Shown piece by piece: positions 26,434 through 35,078 of a DNA stretch of 64,000 nt. A model generated the notes under the pieces. That model ran no database searches. It saw only the letters and a list, made by a program, of their open reading frames with translations, and was not told where the DNA came from. Each line of letters starts with the position of its first letter. The stretch's first letter is position 1. Position numbers and translations under genes: made by a program. The stretch lies in IMG/VR virus record IMGVR_UViG_3300045996_000936, positions 523-64,522 of that record, one strand, 5' to 3'. The stretch is from a virus. Its lineage: Duplodnaviria; Caudoviricetes.

Positions 26434-26520
26434 TTATGGCTTCGAGAGAGCGAAGAGGACCAGCATACCGATAACCAGCCCGAACGTGAAGCAGATAACT
26501 CCAACAAGGATATAGTCCAT
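26434..26520 (-). CDS. 28-aa single-pass membrane peptide (not in the ORF track)
   Basis: MDYILVGVICFTFGLVIGMLVLFALSKP*; AGAGGT RBS; exactly fills the gap. Confidence 0.65.
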   Translation of the reverse strand: MDYILVGVICFTFGLVIGMLVLFALSKP

Positions 26521-26522
26521 GA

Positions 26523-26975
26523 TTACCTCTCGTAGAATTCGTAGTGAGCCTGGGAGTGGCCGACCTGCGCAACGCGGTCGGCGAAGACCTTCTGGAAACG
26601 AGCCTCTCGCTCGGCCTGCTCCTCACGGTAGCCTCGCTGCTGGCGGCGATACTCGTACTCGACCGGCTCGATGTTCTCGCCTTCCCAGGTTAGACCGTCT
26701 TCCAGCCAACCCATTAGGGTGTTCGCTCGGGTCTCCGGGTCGGCGTTCAGGAAGCGAGAGCCTTCGTGATCCTCGTGATCGCAGACCGCCCAGAAGTATA
26801 GACCGATGTCGGTTACCGCGTTGAGCGTCCGCCGGATCCTCCCCATCGCGTCGCACCGGAAGGTGACCAGCTCGTCTTCAGTCAGGTCTCCCCAGCTGTC
26901 CTTCTCGCCGTTCTCCTTCAGCCACGCCCACTCGTTCAGGAGCACGTTCAGGATCTCAGGTCGCTCGCGGTCCAT
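26523..26975 (-). CDS. Hypothetical protein
   Basis: Start MDRERP after GGAGGTGCAGT of a class I cassette. Confidence 0.7.
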   Translation of the reverse strand: MDRERPEILNVLLNEWAWLKENGEKDSWGDLTEDELVTFRCDAMGRIRRTLNAVTDIGLYFWAVCDHEDHEGSRFLNADPETRANTLMGWLEDGLTWEGENIEPVEYEYRRQQRGYREEQAEREARFQKVFADRVAQVGHSQAHYEFYER

Positions 26976-27432
26976 ACTGCACCTCCACTTGCTCGGCGAG
27001 AATGCCGAGGCAAGCTTGTTGTGACGCAACCCGGCAAGCGAGGGTCCTTTTTGCTGCGAACTGGCAGGCATCGACCCACTCCTGCCAGCCGTATCTCTTA
27101 ATCAAGGTATCCATGGAGGAGACCGCACCTCCATGGCAGAGTTGGTACAACAGCCAGTAATCCCCTTGCCGTGCAGGCACGAAGCCTCCTCGACCGCCGT
27201 AGGATTCAGGGCAGTGGTAGTAGCCTCCGGCGATGGCAGCGAGGGAGTAGGCCGTCGCCTCGGTCCACCGGCTCCAGTGCTGGAGGCTCTGGTCGTAGGG
27301 AGGGCAGGCGATGATGTCCCTCAAGCTCCAACGTTCCGCGTCCCGCTCGACGATGTCGCGGAGAGCCTCGCTGCTCAGCCGGGCGAAGGCTTCGAGGAAC
27401 GGACGCATGTCCCGGTCGGTTAGTATCTTCAT
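26956..27432 (-). CDS. Hypothetical protein
   Basis: ATGA-coupled start MKILTD. Confidence 0.6.
   Translation of the reverse strand: MKILTDRDMRPFLEAFARLSSEALRDIVERDAERWSLRDIIACPPYDQSLQHWSRWTEATAYSLAAIAGGYYHCPESYGGRGGFVPARQGDYWLLYQLCHGGAVSSMDTLIKRYGWQEWVDACQFAAKRTLACRVASQQACLGILAEQVEVQYGPRAT
26973..27038 (-). promoter_or_regulatory. Class I early cassette (CTTGCCGGG box, -10, 5' hairpin, RBS), degenerate -10
   Basis: CTTGCCGGGTTGCGTCACAACAAG-hairpin-GGAGGTGCAGTATG. Confidence 0.65.
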
Positions 27433-27659
27433 GGCCTTCCAAATCCCTTTCGTTCGAACGACTCCGTCCAGGTCTTCTTGCACTCAGAGCACGCGCAGTG
27501 CAGCTCCTCCCCTTCTCTCCAGATAGCGATCGCTTCGCTGAAGCAGCGCGGACATTCCTTCGGGATCCAGCGCCGGTTGACCAGGTTATCGTTATCTCCG
27601 AGTCGTCCCACGGACAGAACTCCATACATCCCCGCTCCAACGCGGGTTGTCTTTGACAT
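27429..27659 (-). CDS. Small Zn-ribbon protein
   Basis: CPRC...CACSEC; GGAGGTGCAGGATG RBS. Confidence 0.65.
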   Translation of the reverse strand: MSKTTRVGAGMYGVLSVGRLGDNDNLVNRRWIPKECPRCFSEAIAIWREGEELHCACSECKKTWTESFERKGFGRP

Positions 27660-27674
27660 CCTGCACCTCCTCGG

Positions 27675-27953
27675 CTATCCCTCACGTTGAGAGAACCGCA
27701 GACCACGCTTCCGGTTCCGACGTATGCCCGTCGGAGTTGGCTCTCCTCTTGGAGGAGAAGAATTCGGACGCTTGAGCGGAGCAATGGGAAGCTCCGTGTG
27801 GAGCAGTTCCATTCCCTGACCCGAGACCCACTCGGAGTAGATCCTGAAGTCGCCCAGAGGATGCCGATGCAGAGCCTCCCGCCTTGCCGTCTCAAGGTCC
27901 GGCTGGTTCCCTAGGGAATCCCAGCTCCCTCGCCGTTCGATCGTGTACTCCAT
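27675..27953 (-). CDS. Hypothetical protein
   Basis: TAATG-coupled start MEYTIE. Confidence 0.55.
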   Translation of the reverse strand: MEYTIERRGSWDSLGNQPDLETARREALHRHPLGDFRIYSEWVSGQGMELLHTELPIAPLKRPNSSPPRGEPTPTGIRRNRKRGLRFSQREG

Positions 27954-28600
27954 TACCTTCGCCCTTCTCCTTGTCCTTCTTCCTCCAACGCGGCGAGATA
28001 CTCGATCTGTTTCCTGGAGAGGATGATGTGGTTCCCTCCGTTCCGGATCTCGACTAACCCTTCGTACTCTCCCGGTAGAAGCCGCTTCGGGTAGGTCGCT
28101 ATCTTGCAGTCCTTCGGACGATCTTCCCATTCGAGGACCAGGATCTTGTTGATACCGGCCACCTGAACCGCGTGAGGGAACTGCGACTCGACGATCTCCA
28201 TCTGCAGCCGACCCAGCTCGTCCTGGAATGAGATTGCCGTGACCTCGGAACTGGGCACTGCCGGGTCGATCCCGACGATCCTAGGTAAGAGCTCAGACTT
28301 GGTCAGATCCCTCTTCCAGCTCCCTGGTCGGTATTCGTAGGACTCCATCTCTCGACGTAGGATCTCGGCGGCTTCAGGGTTCGAGAGCATACCCTCAGAG
28401 AAGAGCCGGAATAGACGGTGGAGAGGGGTATCCTCCTCCTTGTCAAGTTCTAGGGTCGCCGGGTCCAGGGACTTCATCTCATACCAGTTTCCGAACTGAT
28501 CCTGGACCTGAAGAGGGTTATCGTAACCCTGCCGCTTGAAAGCCTCGCGGAGTGCGCTGAGAACCATGAGAGATGAGAATCGGAACTTTTGGTCTGCCAT
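27953..28600 (-). CDS. Hypothetical protein
   Basis: Start MADQKF after AAGGAG. Confidence 0.65.
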   Translation of the reverse strand: MADQKFRFSSLMVLSALREAFKRQGYDNPLQVQDQFGNWYEMKSLDPATLELDKEEDTPLHRLFRLFSEGMLSNPEAAEILRREMESYEYRPGSWKRDLTKSELLPRIVGIDPAVPSSEVTAISFQDELGRLQMEIVESQFPHAVQVAGINKILVLEWEDRPKDCKIATYPKRLLPGEYEGLVEIRNGGNHIILSRKQIEYLAALEEEGQGEGRR

Positions 28601-28658
28601 CGGTCGTTCTCCTTCTGGAAGAAAGATGTCGGTCTTCTCTACGAGCTGGAAGTGGTTC

Positions 28659-30599
28659 CTAGGAGCCGGGGACCAGGAAGAGCGTGTCCTTGGCACGGGT
28701 TACGGCCACGTATCGGAGGTTGGTCTCCTGCCGACGCTGCCACTCCTGGCTGCTCTTGCATTCGATCTCCGGGTTGAGCCAGAAGACGCGCTCAGCTTCC
28801 AGACCCTTCGCTCGGTGAATCGAGGACATGACCACCGCGTTCCGGCTGGAGGCATCTCCGCTCTCGAAGAGCGTGTTGATCCGAGCGATCAGGTCGGTCA
28901 CTGAGTCGGCGTCTTCCGCCAGAACTCGGACGCATTCCGCCTTGTCGGAGATCAACTGCACGGCGGTCTCCTCTCGGTTGGTTCCGGCGACCTTCGCGGT
29001 CTCCTTCGCTACCCAGGCGTCCACCTTGATCAGCAGGTCGTTCACGTCGGTCGCCTGGAGCTTCTGAACCAGGGTGACCAGACCCTGCCCGATATCGCGT
29101 CCCCGAACCACCGCCTTCATCCCGCGACGGACCAGCCGGAAGGCTACGCTAAGTAGCGGAGCGTTGCAACGGCAGACCATCATATCCCCTGGAGAGAGGA
29201 GAGCTTCAGCGCGGCTCTCGGAGACAGTCTCCACATTGCCGTGCTTCGCTTCAGGGAGTGCCTGGATCGAGGGAACATACTGCTGAGCCTTCGTCACCAC
29301 CGCCTTCGGGCAGCGTCGGGTCACGGTCAGCGGGAGCTGCTGAATACGCTTATGCGTTCCCTCCAGCAGCTTGCAGAAATTGTCGATACTGTTCACGTCG
29401 CTACCTCGGAACCCGTAGATCGCCTGGTGGTCGTCCCCGACCACAACCACGCGTCCACCCGGTGCCAGCAGCCGGAGAACCAGAGCATGCTGGACCCGGT
29501 TCAGATCCTGCGCTTCGTCCACGAAGATCACGTCATACTTCCGAGTCGGCAGGTTCAGGACCACCGGGAGCCAGAGCTGGTCGTTGTAGGACACGACGCC
29601 GGTTCGCTCTCTGGAAGAAAGGAGCACCTGAGGGACCAGCTCCAGAGCAGCATCTTGGTGTCCGCCTAGCTCCACCTCGTGCCGCTCGGCGATGTCCAGT
29701 AGGGCGTTCGGGTTAGTTCCGTCCAGGAGGTAACCCTGCGCCAGCTCTACCAGCCTCTGGGTTACGGAGAGCATCTCCCGGTAGTCCTCGTTGGTCAGCC
29801 GACCCGGAGGACACAGCTCGGTGATCAGGTTCTTCACCTTGGAATCATCCACCAAGACGCCAGGAAAGGCCGACTTAACCGTGCGGAAGCCGATCGAGTT
29901 CAAGGTGCAGACCGTGGCGTTGTCCGGAGCACCTTCTTCAAACTCCCGGACGATCTGCTTGTTGAAGGCGAGGTAGAGGATCCGAGCGGACTTCGGGAGG
30001 ACGCCCATACCAACACGGCAGGTGAAGGACTTCCCTGTTCCAGCGAGTGCCTTGACCACCACATGGTCGTCGCTGTTGGCGAGAGCGTTCCAGATCGTCT
30101 CCTGCTCCGGCGAACCGACCACGCCTTCGGGTAGCTCGACCGACTTAGCGGGAGCAGGAGCCTTCCACTGGCCGACCTTCTCTGGAGCAGAGGGAGTCTC
30201 CACCGGATTGATCCAGATCTTGCTCTTATAACCCTGGCCGTTGGTCCCCCACTGCGAACCGTTCGCGTCCGGCTTCATGTCGAAGCCTTGGGAGCGGCGG
30301 AGTGTCAGGTGCTTATTGTAAGCCTCGGCGCAAGTGGACCAATCGCCGCGAGCCACCTCAACGACGGAGTGCTCGTTCCATCCGCCCTTCCCGTCGCTCT
30401 TGTAGCGGAACTCGGTGACGGCCCAGAGGGTGGAGGGTCCGACCTCGACGTGCTTCGGGCAGTGCTCGTGGACAGTCTTGCGCGTCTCCGGATCCCACAG
30501 GATCGAGTCGCCCTTGGAGATCGGAGTGGGGCAGTGCTCGCACTTGCCTCCAGAGAACTTCGAGACGATCAAGCGAGCATTGGTCAGGTCCATCGACAT
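28659..30599 (-). CDS. UvrD/Rep-like SF1 helicase
   Basis: ALAGTGKS, LAFN, TLNS, FVDEAQD, VGDDHQAIYGFRG, RCP, SIHRAKGLE, YVAVTRA. Confidence 0.95.
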   Translation of the reverse strand: MSMDLTNARLIVSKFSGGKCEHCPTPISKGDSILWDPETRKTVHEHCPKHVEVGPSTLWAVTEFRYKSDGKGGWNEHSVVEVARGDWSTCAEAYNKHLTLRRSQGFDMKPDANGSQWGTNGQGYKSKIWINPVETPSAPEKVGQWKAPAPAKSVELPEGVVGSPEQETIWNALANSDDHVVVKALAGTGKSFTCRVGMGVLPKSARILYLAFNKQIVREFEEGAPDNATVCTLNSIGFRTVKSAFPGVLVDDSKVKNLITELCPPGRLTNEDYREMLSVTQRLVELAQGYLLDGTNPNALLDIAERHEVELGGHQDAALELVPQVLLSSRERTGVVSYNDQLWLPVVLNLPTRKYDVIFVDEAQDLNRVQHALVLRLLAPGGRVVVVGDDHQAIYGFRGSDVNSIDNFCKLLEGTHKRIQQLPLTVTRRCPKAVVTKAQQYVPSIQALPEAKHGNVETVSESRAEALLSPGDMMVCRCNAPLLSVAFRLVRRGMKAVVRGRDIGQGLVTLVQKLQATDVNDLLIKVDAWVAKETAKVAGTNREETAVQLISDKAECVRVLAEDADSVTDLIARINTLFESGDASSRNAVVMSSIHRAKGLEAERVFWLNPEIECKSSQEWQRRQETNLRYVAVTRAKDTLFLVPGS

Positions 30600-30662
30600 T
30601 CTACACCTCCTCGGCCTGCCCGGATCGGCAGGACCACGCTTATTATGGCGCAACCCGGCAAG
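30597..30662 (-). promoter_or_regulatory. Class I early cassette
   Basis: CTTGCCGGGTTGCGCCATAATAAG-CCTGCC/GGCAGG hairpin-GGAGGTGTAGAATG. Confidence 0.8.
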
Positions 30663-30672
30663 TTTGACTTGG

Positions 30673-31245
30673 CTACTTTCGCTGGTCGAGTTCCTCGCGG
30701 CTTGCGCTGGAGTAACCACACTTGCAGACAGATCCGAGCGGACAGCCGCAACGACCGACCGGCTCCCTCTCCTGACGCTCCCTCTCGGCCTGCTCCTTCT
30801 CTCGCTGATCCTCGTCCAGGCGAGCCGTAATTCTCTGGAGAGGAGTGACCTTGATCCCGTAGATGTCAGCGAGGACCTCCCGAATGTAGTCCTCCACTGG
30901 CCTGCTCTCCAGGAGGTTCTGGACGCGGGTCCAGAAGGCGTCCTCCTCCGGGTCCGGAGGCTCTTCTGTCACCCTCAGCTCCAGGAGACTCGCCGGAGGC
31001 TCAGGGATCCGCTGACTAACGACCGCATCCCAGACGTGGCCGAGAAGGCAGGGAGCCTCAATCCGGTCTCGAACAATTGCACCGGTCTCGGTGACAATGA
31101 AGACAGAGTGTCCGCTGCCACGCTCAACGGCAACCACGGGACCGGAGACATCCCACTCGCGGTCATGCAGGCGGACCTCAGCGTGAGCTCCCCAAACCCT
31201 CCGCATCTCCTGCAGCTCGGAGATTAAGGCGTCTAGGTCAGCCAT
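30673..31245 (-). CDS. Hypothetical protein
   Basis: 190 aa, coupled to the upstream gene. Confidence 0.6.
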   Translation of the reverse strand: MADLDALISELQEMRRVWGAHAEVRLHDREWDVSGPVVAVERGSGHSVFIVTETGAIVRDRIEAPCLLGHVWDAVVSQRIPEPPASLLELRVTEEPPDPEEDAFWTRVQNLLESRPVEDYIREVLADIYGIKVTPLQRITARLDEDQREKEQAERERQEREPVGRCGCPLGSVCKCGYSSASREELDQRK

Positions 31246-31660
31246 CGGTTCGCCCCAGGTAGTGCGTGATACCTCTCATCACGCCGGTGATGCCTCCATG
31301 GACCGAACCGCCGTAGATCTTACCTTCCGGCGAGACTTGCTTCAGTTCGTAGTGATCCTCGTAAGTATCCAGGATCAGTATGGGTTTATTGTTCCTCCAC
31401 CACTGGAAGGTGAAGATGGTCTTGTTATACTTGCCGTACTGAGGGGCGTACATCCTAGGCATGTCCAAGCCTCCGGCTCGACACTCTCGGAGAACCGCTC
31501 CGGCGCGGAGGCAGATGCTCTCCGGGAAGCATTCATCATACTTCGCCTCAACCTCTGCGATCAGCTCCGCTGCTGTACGCTGGTAACGCGGCTCCCGGAT
31601 TAAGCTGAGGATGGCCTCTCGTACCGATTCGCAGGCGAGTACAAACTTGGTCTTCTTCAC
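31238..31660 (-). CDS. Hypothetical protein
   Basis: 140 aa, GGAGGT RBS, TAGTG overlap. Confidence 0.65.
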   Translation of the reverse strand: MKKTKFVLACESVREAILSLIREPRYQRTAAELIAEVEAKYDECFPESICLRAGAVLRECRAGGLDMPRMYAPQYGKYNKTIFTFQWWRNNKPILILDTYEDHYELKQVSPEGKIYGGSVHGGITGVMRGITHYLGRTDG

Positions 31661-32028
31661 TAGGAACCTCCCGGCTTACGTAGAGGGATGGTGCGGCGAG
31701 GTTGGGGAGCACTCGCCGGTTGTTTCTCAGCCTCGGTCCGACGCAGCAATTCTTGCTGGTTGTGCCAGTCGGCGAGGGGACAGTCCAGCTCTCGAACGAG
31801 GATAACTGTCTCGTTCATCTGGAAGGTGCCGGATATCCAGTCGTGTCGAGGATGATCGAGCTGGAGACCGACAGTCTTGAAGTGGTAGTTCCCGTCCTGG
31901 TCAGGCCTGGGGAGGGAGACAGACTTCACCCGAACGACGTCCACCTGGGCGTAGGTGTCTTCGAAGACGAAGCAATCGTTGGGCTGAAGCTGGGAGGCGA
32001 GTTTCCTCCCAACGAAGATAACACACAT
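31660..32028 (-). CDS. Hypothetical protein ending in RRTIPLRKP
   Basis: 122 aa, GGAGGT RBS. Confidence 0.65.
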   Translation of the reverse strand: MCVIFVGRKLASQLQPNDCFVFEDTYAQVDVVRVKSVSLPRPDQDGNYHFKTVGLQLDHPRHDWISGTFQMNETVILVRELDCPLADWHNQQELLRRTEAEKQPASAPQPRRTIPLRKPGGS

Positions 32029-32101
32029 ACTAGACCTCCTCTGGAGGGAGAGGAGGTGCCTCTCCTGGAGAGAAGAGGCACCGGAGACGGAAGCCGGAGG
32101 G

Positions 32102-33040
32102 TTACTTCGCGGCGGCTGCAGGCTTGGCCGGGATCCGGCGACCTCCCGCAGGACTTGCCGTCGCTGCCGGCTTCGCAGCAGGCTTCGCAGCAGTCGCGGG
32201 CTTCGCAGCTGCTGCAGGCTTGGCCGCAGGCTTAGCGGCTGGCTTCGCAGCCGGTTCGGTCGGAGCCGGTGTCGCGATCGCCTTGAACTTGAAGTGCTCC
32301 CGCAGGCCAGACTCGACCCCGTTCAGGCTGCGGTTGAAGCCAGCACCTCGAATGCCGTGCTCCTTGAACTTTGCACGCAGAGCCGGAATCGCTCCGTAGA
32401 ACGTGGTTGCCGTGTCCTTGTTGAAGGGGACGTACAACCAGCTGGAGATGTCAGCCGCCTTGCCCCAGCTGCCGTCCACGATCGCAGCCGCTCCCTCGAT
32501 CGCGTCCTTCCCCTTCGCCTTCAGGATCTCCGCCACTCCGAAGTAGAACTTGTCCGCCACTCGGAGCACGATCCCGCCCTTACCCGGTTCCGGCATCTGG
32601 CTGATACCCGTCCGGCTCGCCTTCTTCGTCCGAACCGCCTTCTCGGCCACCGGCTCTTCCGTTGCTGCTGCTGTCGTCTTCGCCACGCTTGCCTTACCCT
32701 TCTCCGCAGGCTTACCTGCGGCTGTCGCTGCCTTCCCGGCTGGTGCCGGTTCCGGCGTTTCCTTCTTCTTCCCTGCTGGCTTCTCTGGAGTCGCCCGGAG
32801 TTCCGCCAGTACCGGCTCTGGCACCCTCCAGCCGGTCTCAGGTACTGCCCCTACCGCCCTGCCCGTCTTGACATCGAATCGGATATCCAGAGCAGGCTCG
32901 CTCGGGTCCGCCTTGTTCTCGAACTTCAGGACGACATGCTTGTCGTCCAGTCCGGCTACAGTTACGCTCTCGGATTTACCCGCCAGCTTGCCATAGCCTT
33001 CGATAACAACTTCCGTCCCGACCGCTTTCTTGTTCGCCAT
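32102..33040 (-). CDS. Ala/Lys/Pro-rich protein with PAAK repeats (histone H1/AlgP-like tail)
   Basis: C-terminal PAAKPAAKPAAKPAAAAKPATAAKPAAKP; start MANKK. Confidence 0.75.
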   Translation of the reverse strand: MANKKAVGTEVVIEGYGKLAGKSESVTVAGLDDKHVVLKFENKADPSEPALDIRFDVKTGRAVGAVPETGWRVPEPVLAELRATPEKPAGKKKETPEPAPAGKAATAAGKPAEKGKASVAKTTAAATEEPVAEKAVRTKKASRTGISQMPEPGKGGIVLRVADKFYFGVAEILKAKGKDAIEGAAAIVDGSWGKAADISSWLYVPFNKDTATTFYGAIPALRAKFKEHGIRGAGFNRSLNGVESGLREHFKFKAIATPAPTEPAAKPAAKPAAKPAAAAKPATAAKPAAKPAATASPAGGRRIPAKPAAAAK

Positions 33041-33063
33041 AGTTATTCTCCGGGTGAGAGGGG

Positions 33064-33130
33064 AGGAACGCTCAGCGTTACCAACCTGGGCGAGTGGTGC
33101 TCCTGGTGAGGCGCAACACTGAACGCTCCT
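33064..33130 (-). other. Structured 5' leader: 18-bp stem with four G-U pairs
   Basis: AGGAGCGTTCAGTGTTGC pairs with GTAACGCTGAGCGTTCCT on the - strand; the G-U pairs are A-C mismatches on +. Confidence 0.65.
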
Positions 33131-33136
33131 GCCATT

Positions 33137-33167
33137 GTTAGGTTCGTTACTCGCACACACGCTTCCT
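33137..33167 (-). promoter_or_regulatory. Class II promoter motif
   Basis: AGGAA-N16-CGAACCTAAC. Confidence 0.7.
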
Positions 33168-33181
33168 GCATACGCAGGAGA

Positions 33182-33562
33182 TTATTCCGGTAGATCCATT
33201 CCCATCGCTCGAACGAGGGCGTCCTCTGCCTTAGCCAGGTGACGCGCCAGCTCTTCCAGCACATCCTCAAAGCCTACATAGAGGCTCTCCAGGTCGGAGA
33301 TCCGAGTGAGCCGGAGTGAGAGGATCTCCTGCTCTTCGGTCATCTCGCTCGGCATGTGCTCGTTCCAGTCCTCGTAGGCTTGACGATGTACCTCCAGCTG
33401 CCCTGTTGCCTCTTGCACTTGACTCAAGGTAACGGCCAACTTAGTTAGATCATGACGGGCATCCGACAGGATCCGACCCAGACACTCCCGACCCTCTCTT
33501 ACCTTCGCTGCTCGCGCTGCTGCGCTCATCGCTCTCGGCATGGTTATCTCCGTTTCGGCCAC
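33182..33562 (-). CDS. Hypothetical coiled-coil protein
   Basis: 126-aa helical ORF. Confidence 0.6.
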   Translation of the reverse strand: MAETEITMPRAMSAAARAAKVREGRECLGRILSDARHDLTKLAVTLSQVQEATGQLEVHRQAYEDWNEHMPSEMTEEQEILSLRLTRISDLESLYVGFEDVLEELARHLAKAEDALVRAMGMDLPE

Positions 33563-33609
33563 CTTGCAGGCCTAGTCGAGACCCGGTTCGCGCCGGGTAG
33601 ACGGAGGGA

Positions 33610-33747
33610 CTAGCGTCCCTTCCGAAAGGTGAGGACTCGAACGCCTCGGTATCTTCTAGACTTCTGACGCTTCTCCTCAACCCGTTCCATTCGAGCCAAC
33701 TCCTCGATCATCCACTTCCTGTCCTGGTCAGTTAGTTGCAGCCTCAT
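33610..33747 (-). CDS. Small basic hypothetical protein
   Basis: Start MRLQLTD after the GGAGG of a class I cassette. Confidence 0.55.
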   Translation of the reverse strand: MRLQLTDQDRKWMIEELARMERVEEKRQKSRRYRGVRVLTFRKGR

Positions 33748-33808
33748 CGGAATCCTCCTCGCCGCCGGGAACATTCCCGACACCCTTATTATGACGCATC
33801 CCGGCAAG
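33745..33808 (-). promoter_or_regulatory. Class I early cassette
   Basis: CTTGCCGGGATGCGTCATAATAAG-GTCGGGAA/TTCCCGGC hairpin-GGAGG. Confidence 0.78.
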
Positions 33809-33849
33809 GGTGGCTGGAATATTCTCCGAGCCACCCTCTGGAAGGAAGG

Positions 33850-34998
33850 CTACTCCGGGAGCTTGTCGTCCACGCGGAGGTCGGCCTTCTCGCCTTCCGC
33901 CTTGCCACCGAAGTAAGCATCCAGATCCAGCTTGCCCGAGTTGCTGCGGCTCGGAGCTGGCTTGATCCCCATCTCCGCCAGGACCGCATCCAGCCAAGCA
34001 CCCTTGGACGCCCGAACCAAGGCGAAGGTCTCGGCGTTGCCCGTCGCCTTCCCGTAAGCCTTGCCACTACGCTCAGCCTCGATCTCCACGGCACGCTTGT
34101 GGATCGACACGGTGAACCCCTCGGCGAAGGAGCGGTGCTTCGGAGTCCAGCCGCTCCCGCAAGCCTTCCGAGCCAGATGCCGGACACTCTTCAGGAGCAT
34201 CTCAAAGGTGGCTGCTGCGATCGCCACGTCCAGAGCCTCCCCAATGAAGGACAGGATGCTGGCCTTCTCTCCAGGAGAAGTCGCGTGCCGGACCCGGCTG
34301 ATCATGGGTCGGGTTTCGGTCAGGACCCCGACGGCGACCGCCAGGTTCTGCTCGAAGAAGGCGATGTGCTGCCGCTTGCGGTTCTCTCCTGCGGCGGTCT
34401 TCTCGCCCTTCTTGTAGGCCTTCTTGCCTTCGGCGACCGGGTCAACCTTGAGTGCCTCGACGTCGGCCATGGACACACCCCACTTGTCCATCAGCTTCCG
34501 AGCCGTCGCCATGGCCGCGAGTGCTTCGTTCTCACCGGCGTTGTCCGCCAGGTTCAAGAGGTCCCTGACCGCCTTCACCTTCTCTTCGCCCTGCAGTCCG
34601 CCTTTCCCCTTCGGTGCGTCCGGAGTAAGCTCCGGCTCGACTACTGGATCAGCCACCGGCTCAGCGACAGGAGCTTCGACCACCGGCTCGCTCTCTGGAG
34701 CAGAGGACTCCTCCGCCACGGGAGCAGGCTCCAGGGCGGCTCGGAGAGCGTCCTTCGCCTCATCCTTGAAACCGCAGAACGTCTGACCCTTCTCATACTC
34801 TTGCTGAAAGCAGACCCCCTTGCGAATAAGGGAGCCGAGCACTGCTGCTGAGGACTTGTCACCGCAAGCAGCGAACGTCCAGGGCGTGCTGTCCACTCCC
34901 TTGTCGGAGTAGTCCGTGCCGTGGTGGATCGTGTTCACCAGGGCGGCTTCCTTCACGGTCAGGGTCACTTCAGTTCCGTTAGTCAGTACGAGCTTCAT
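33850..34998 (-). CDS. DUF2786-domain protein
   Basis: KVKAVRDLLNLADNAGENEALAAMATARKLMDKWGVS; C-terminal SFAEGF...AY..G...G. Confidence 0.8.
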   Translation of the reverse strand: MKLVLTNGTEVTLTVKEAALVNTIHHGTDYSDKGVDSTPWTFAACGDKSSAAVLGSLIRKGVCFQQEYEKGQTFCGFKDEAKDALRAALEPAPVAEESSAPESEPVVEAPVAEPVADPVVEPELTPDAPKGKGGLQGEEKVKAVRDLLNLADNAGENEALAAMATARKLMDKWGVSMADVEALKVDPVAEGKKAYKKGEKTAAGENRKRQHIAFFEQNLAVAVGVLTETRPMISRVRHATSPGEKASILSFIGEALDVAIAAATFEMLLKSVRHLARKACGSGWTPKHRSFAEGFTVSIHKRAVEIEAERSGKAYGKATGNAETFALVRASKGAWLDAVLAEMGIKPAPSRSNSGKLDLDAYFGGKAEGEKADLRVDDKLPE

Positions 34999-35070
34999 CC
35001 TACACCTCCAGAGTCTTGGGCGGACTGGACTGTCGCCCACCTTATTATGCCTCAAGTCAGCCTTGCCGGG
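34996..35070 (-). promoter_or_regulatory. Class I early cassette (box inverted)
   Basis: CCCGGCAAG-N12-CATAATAAG-hairpin-GGAGGTGTAGGATG. Confidence 0.78.
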
Positions 35071-35078
35071 TTGGATTA

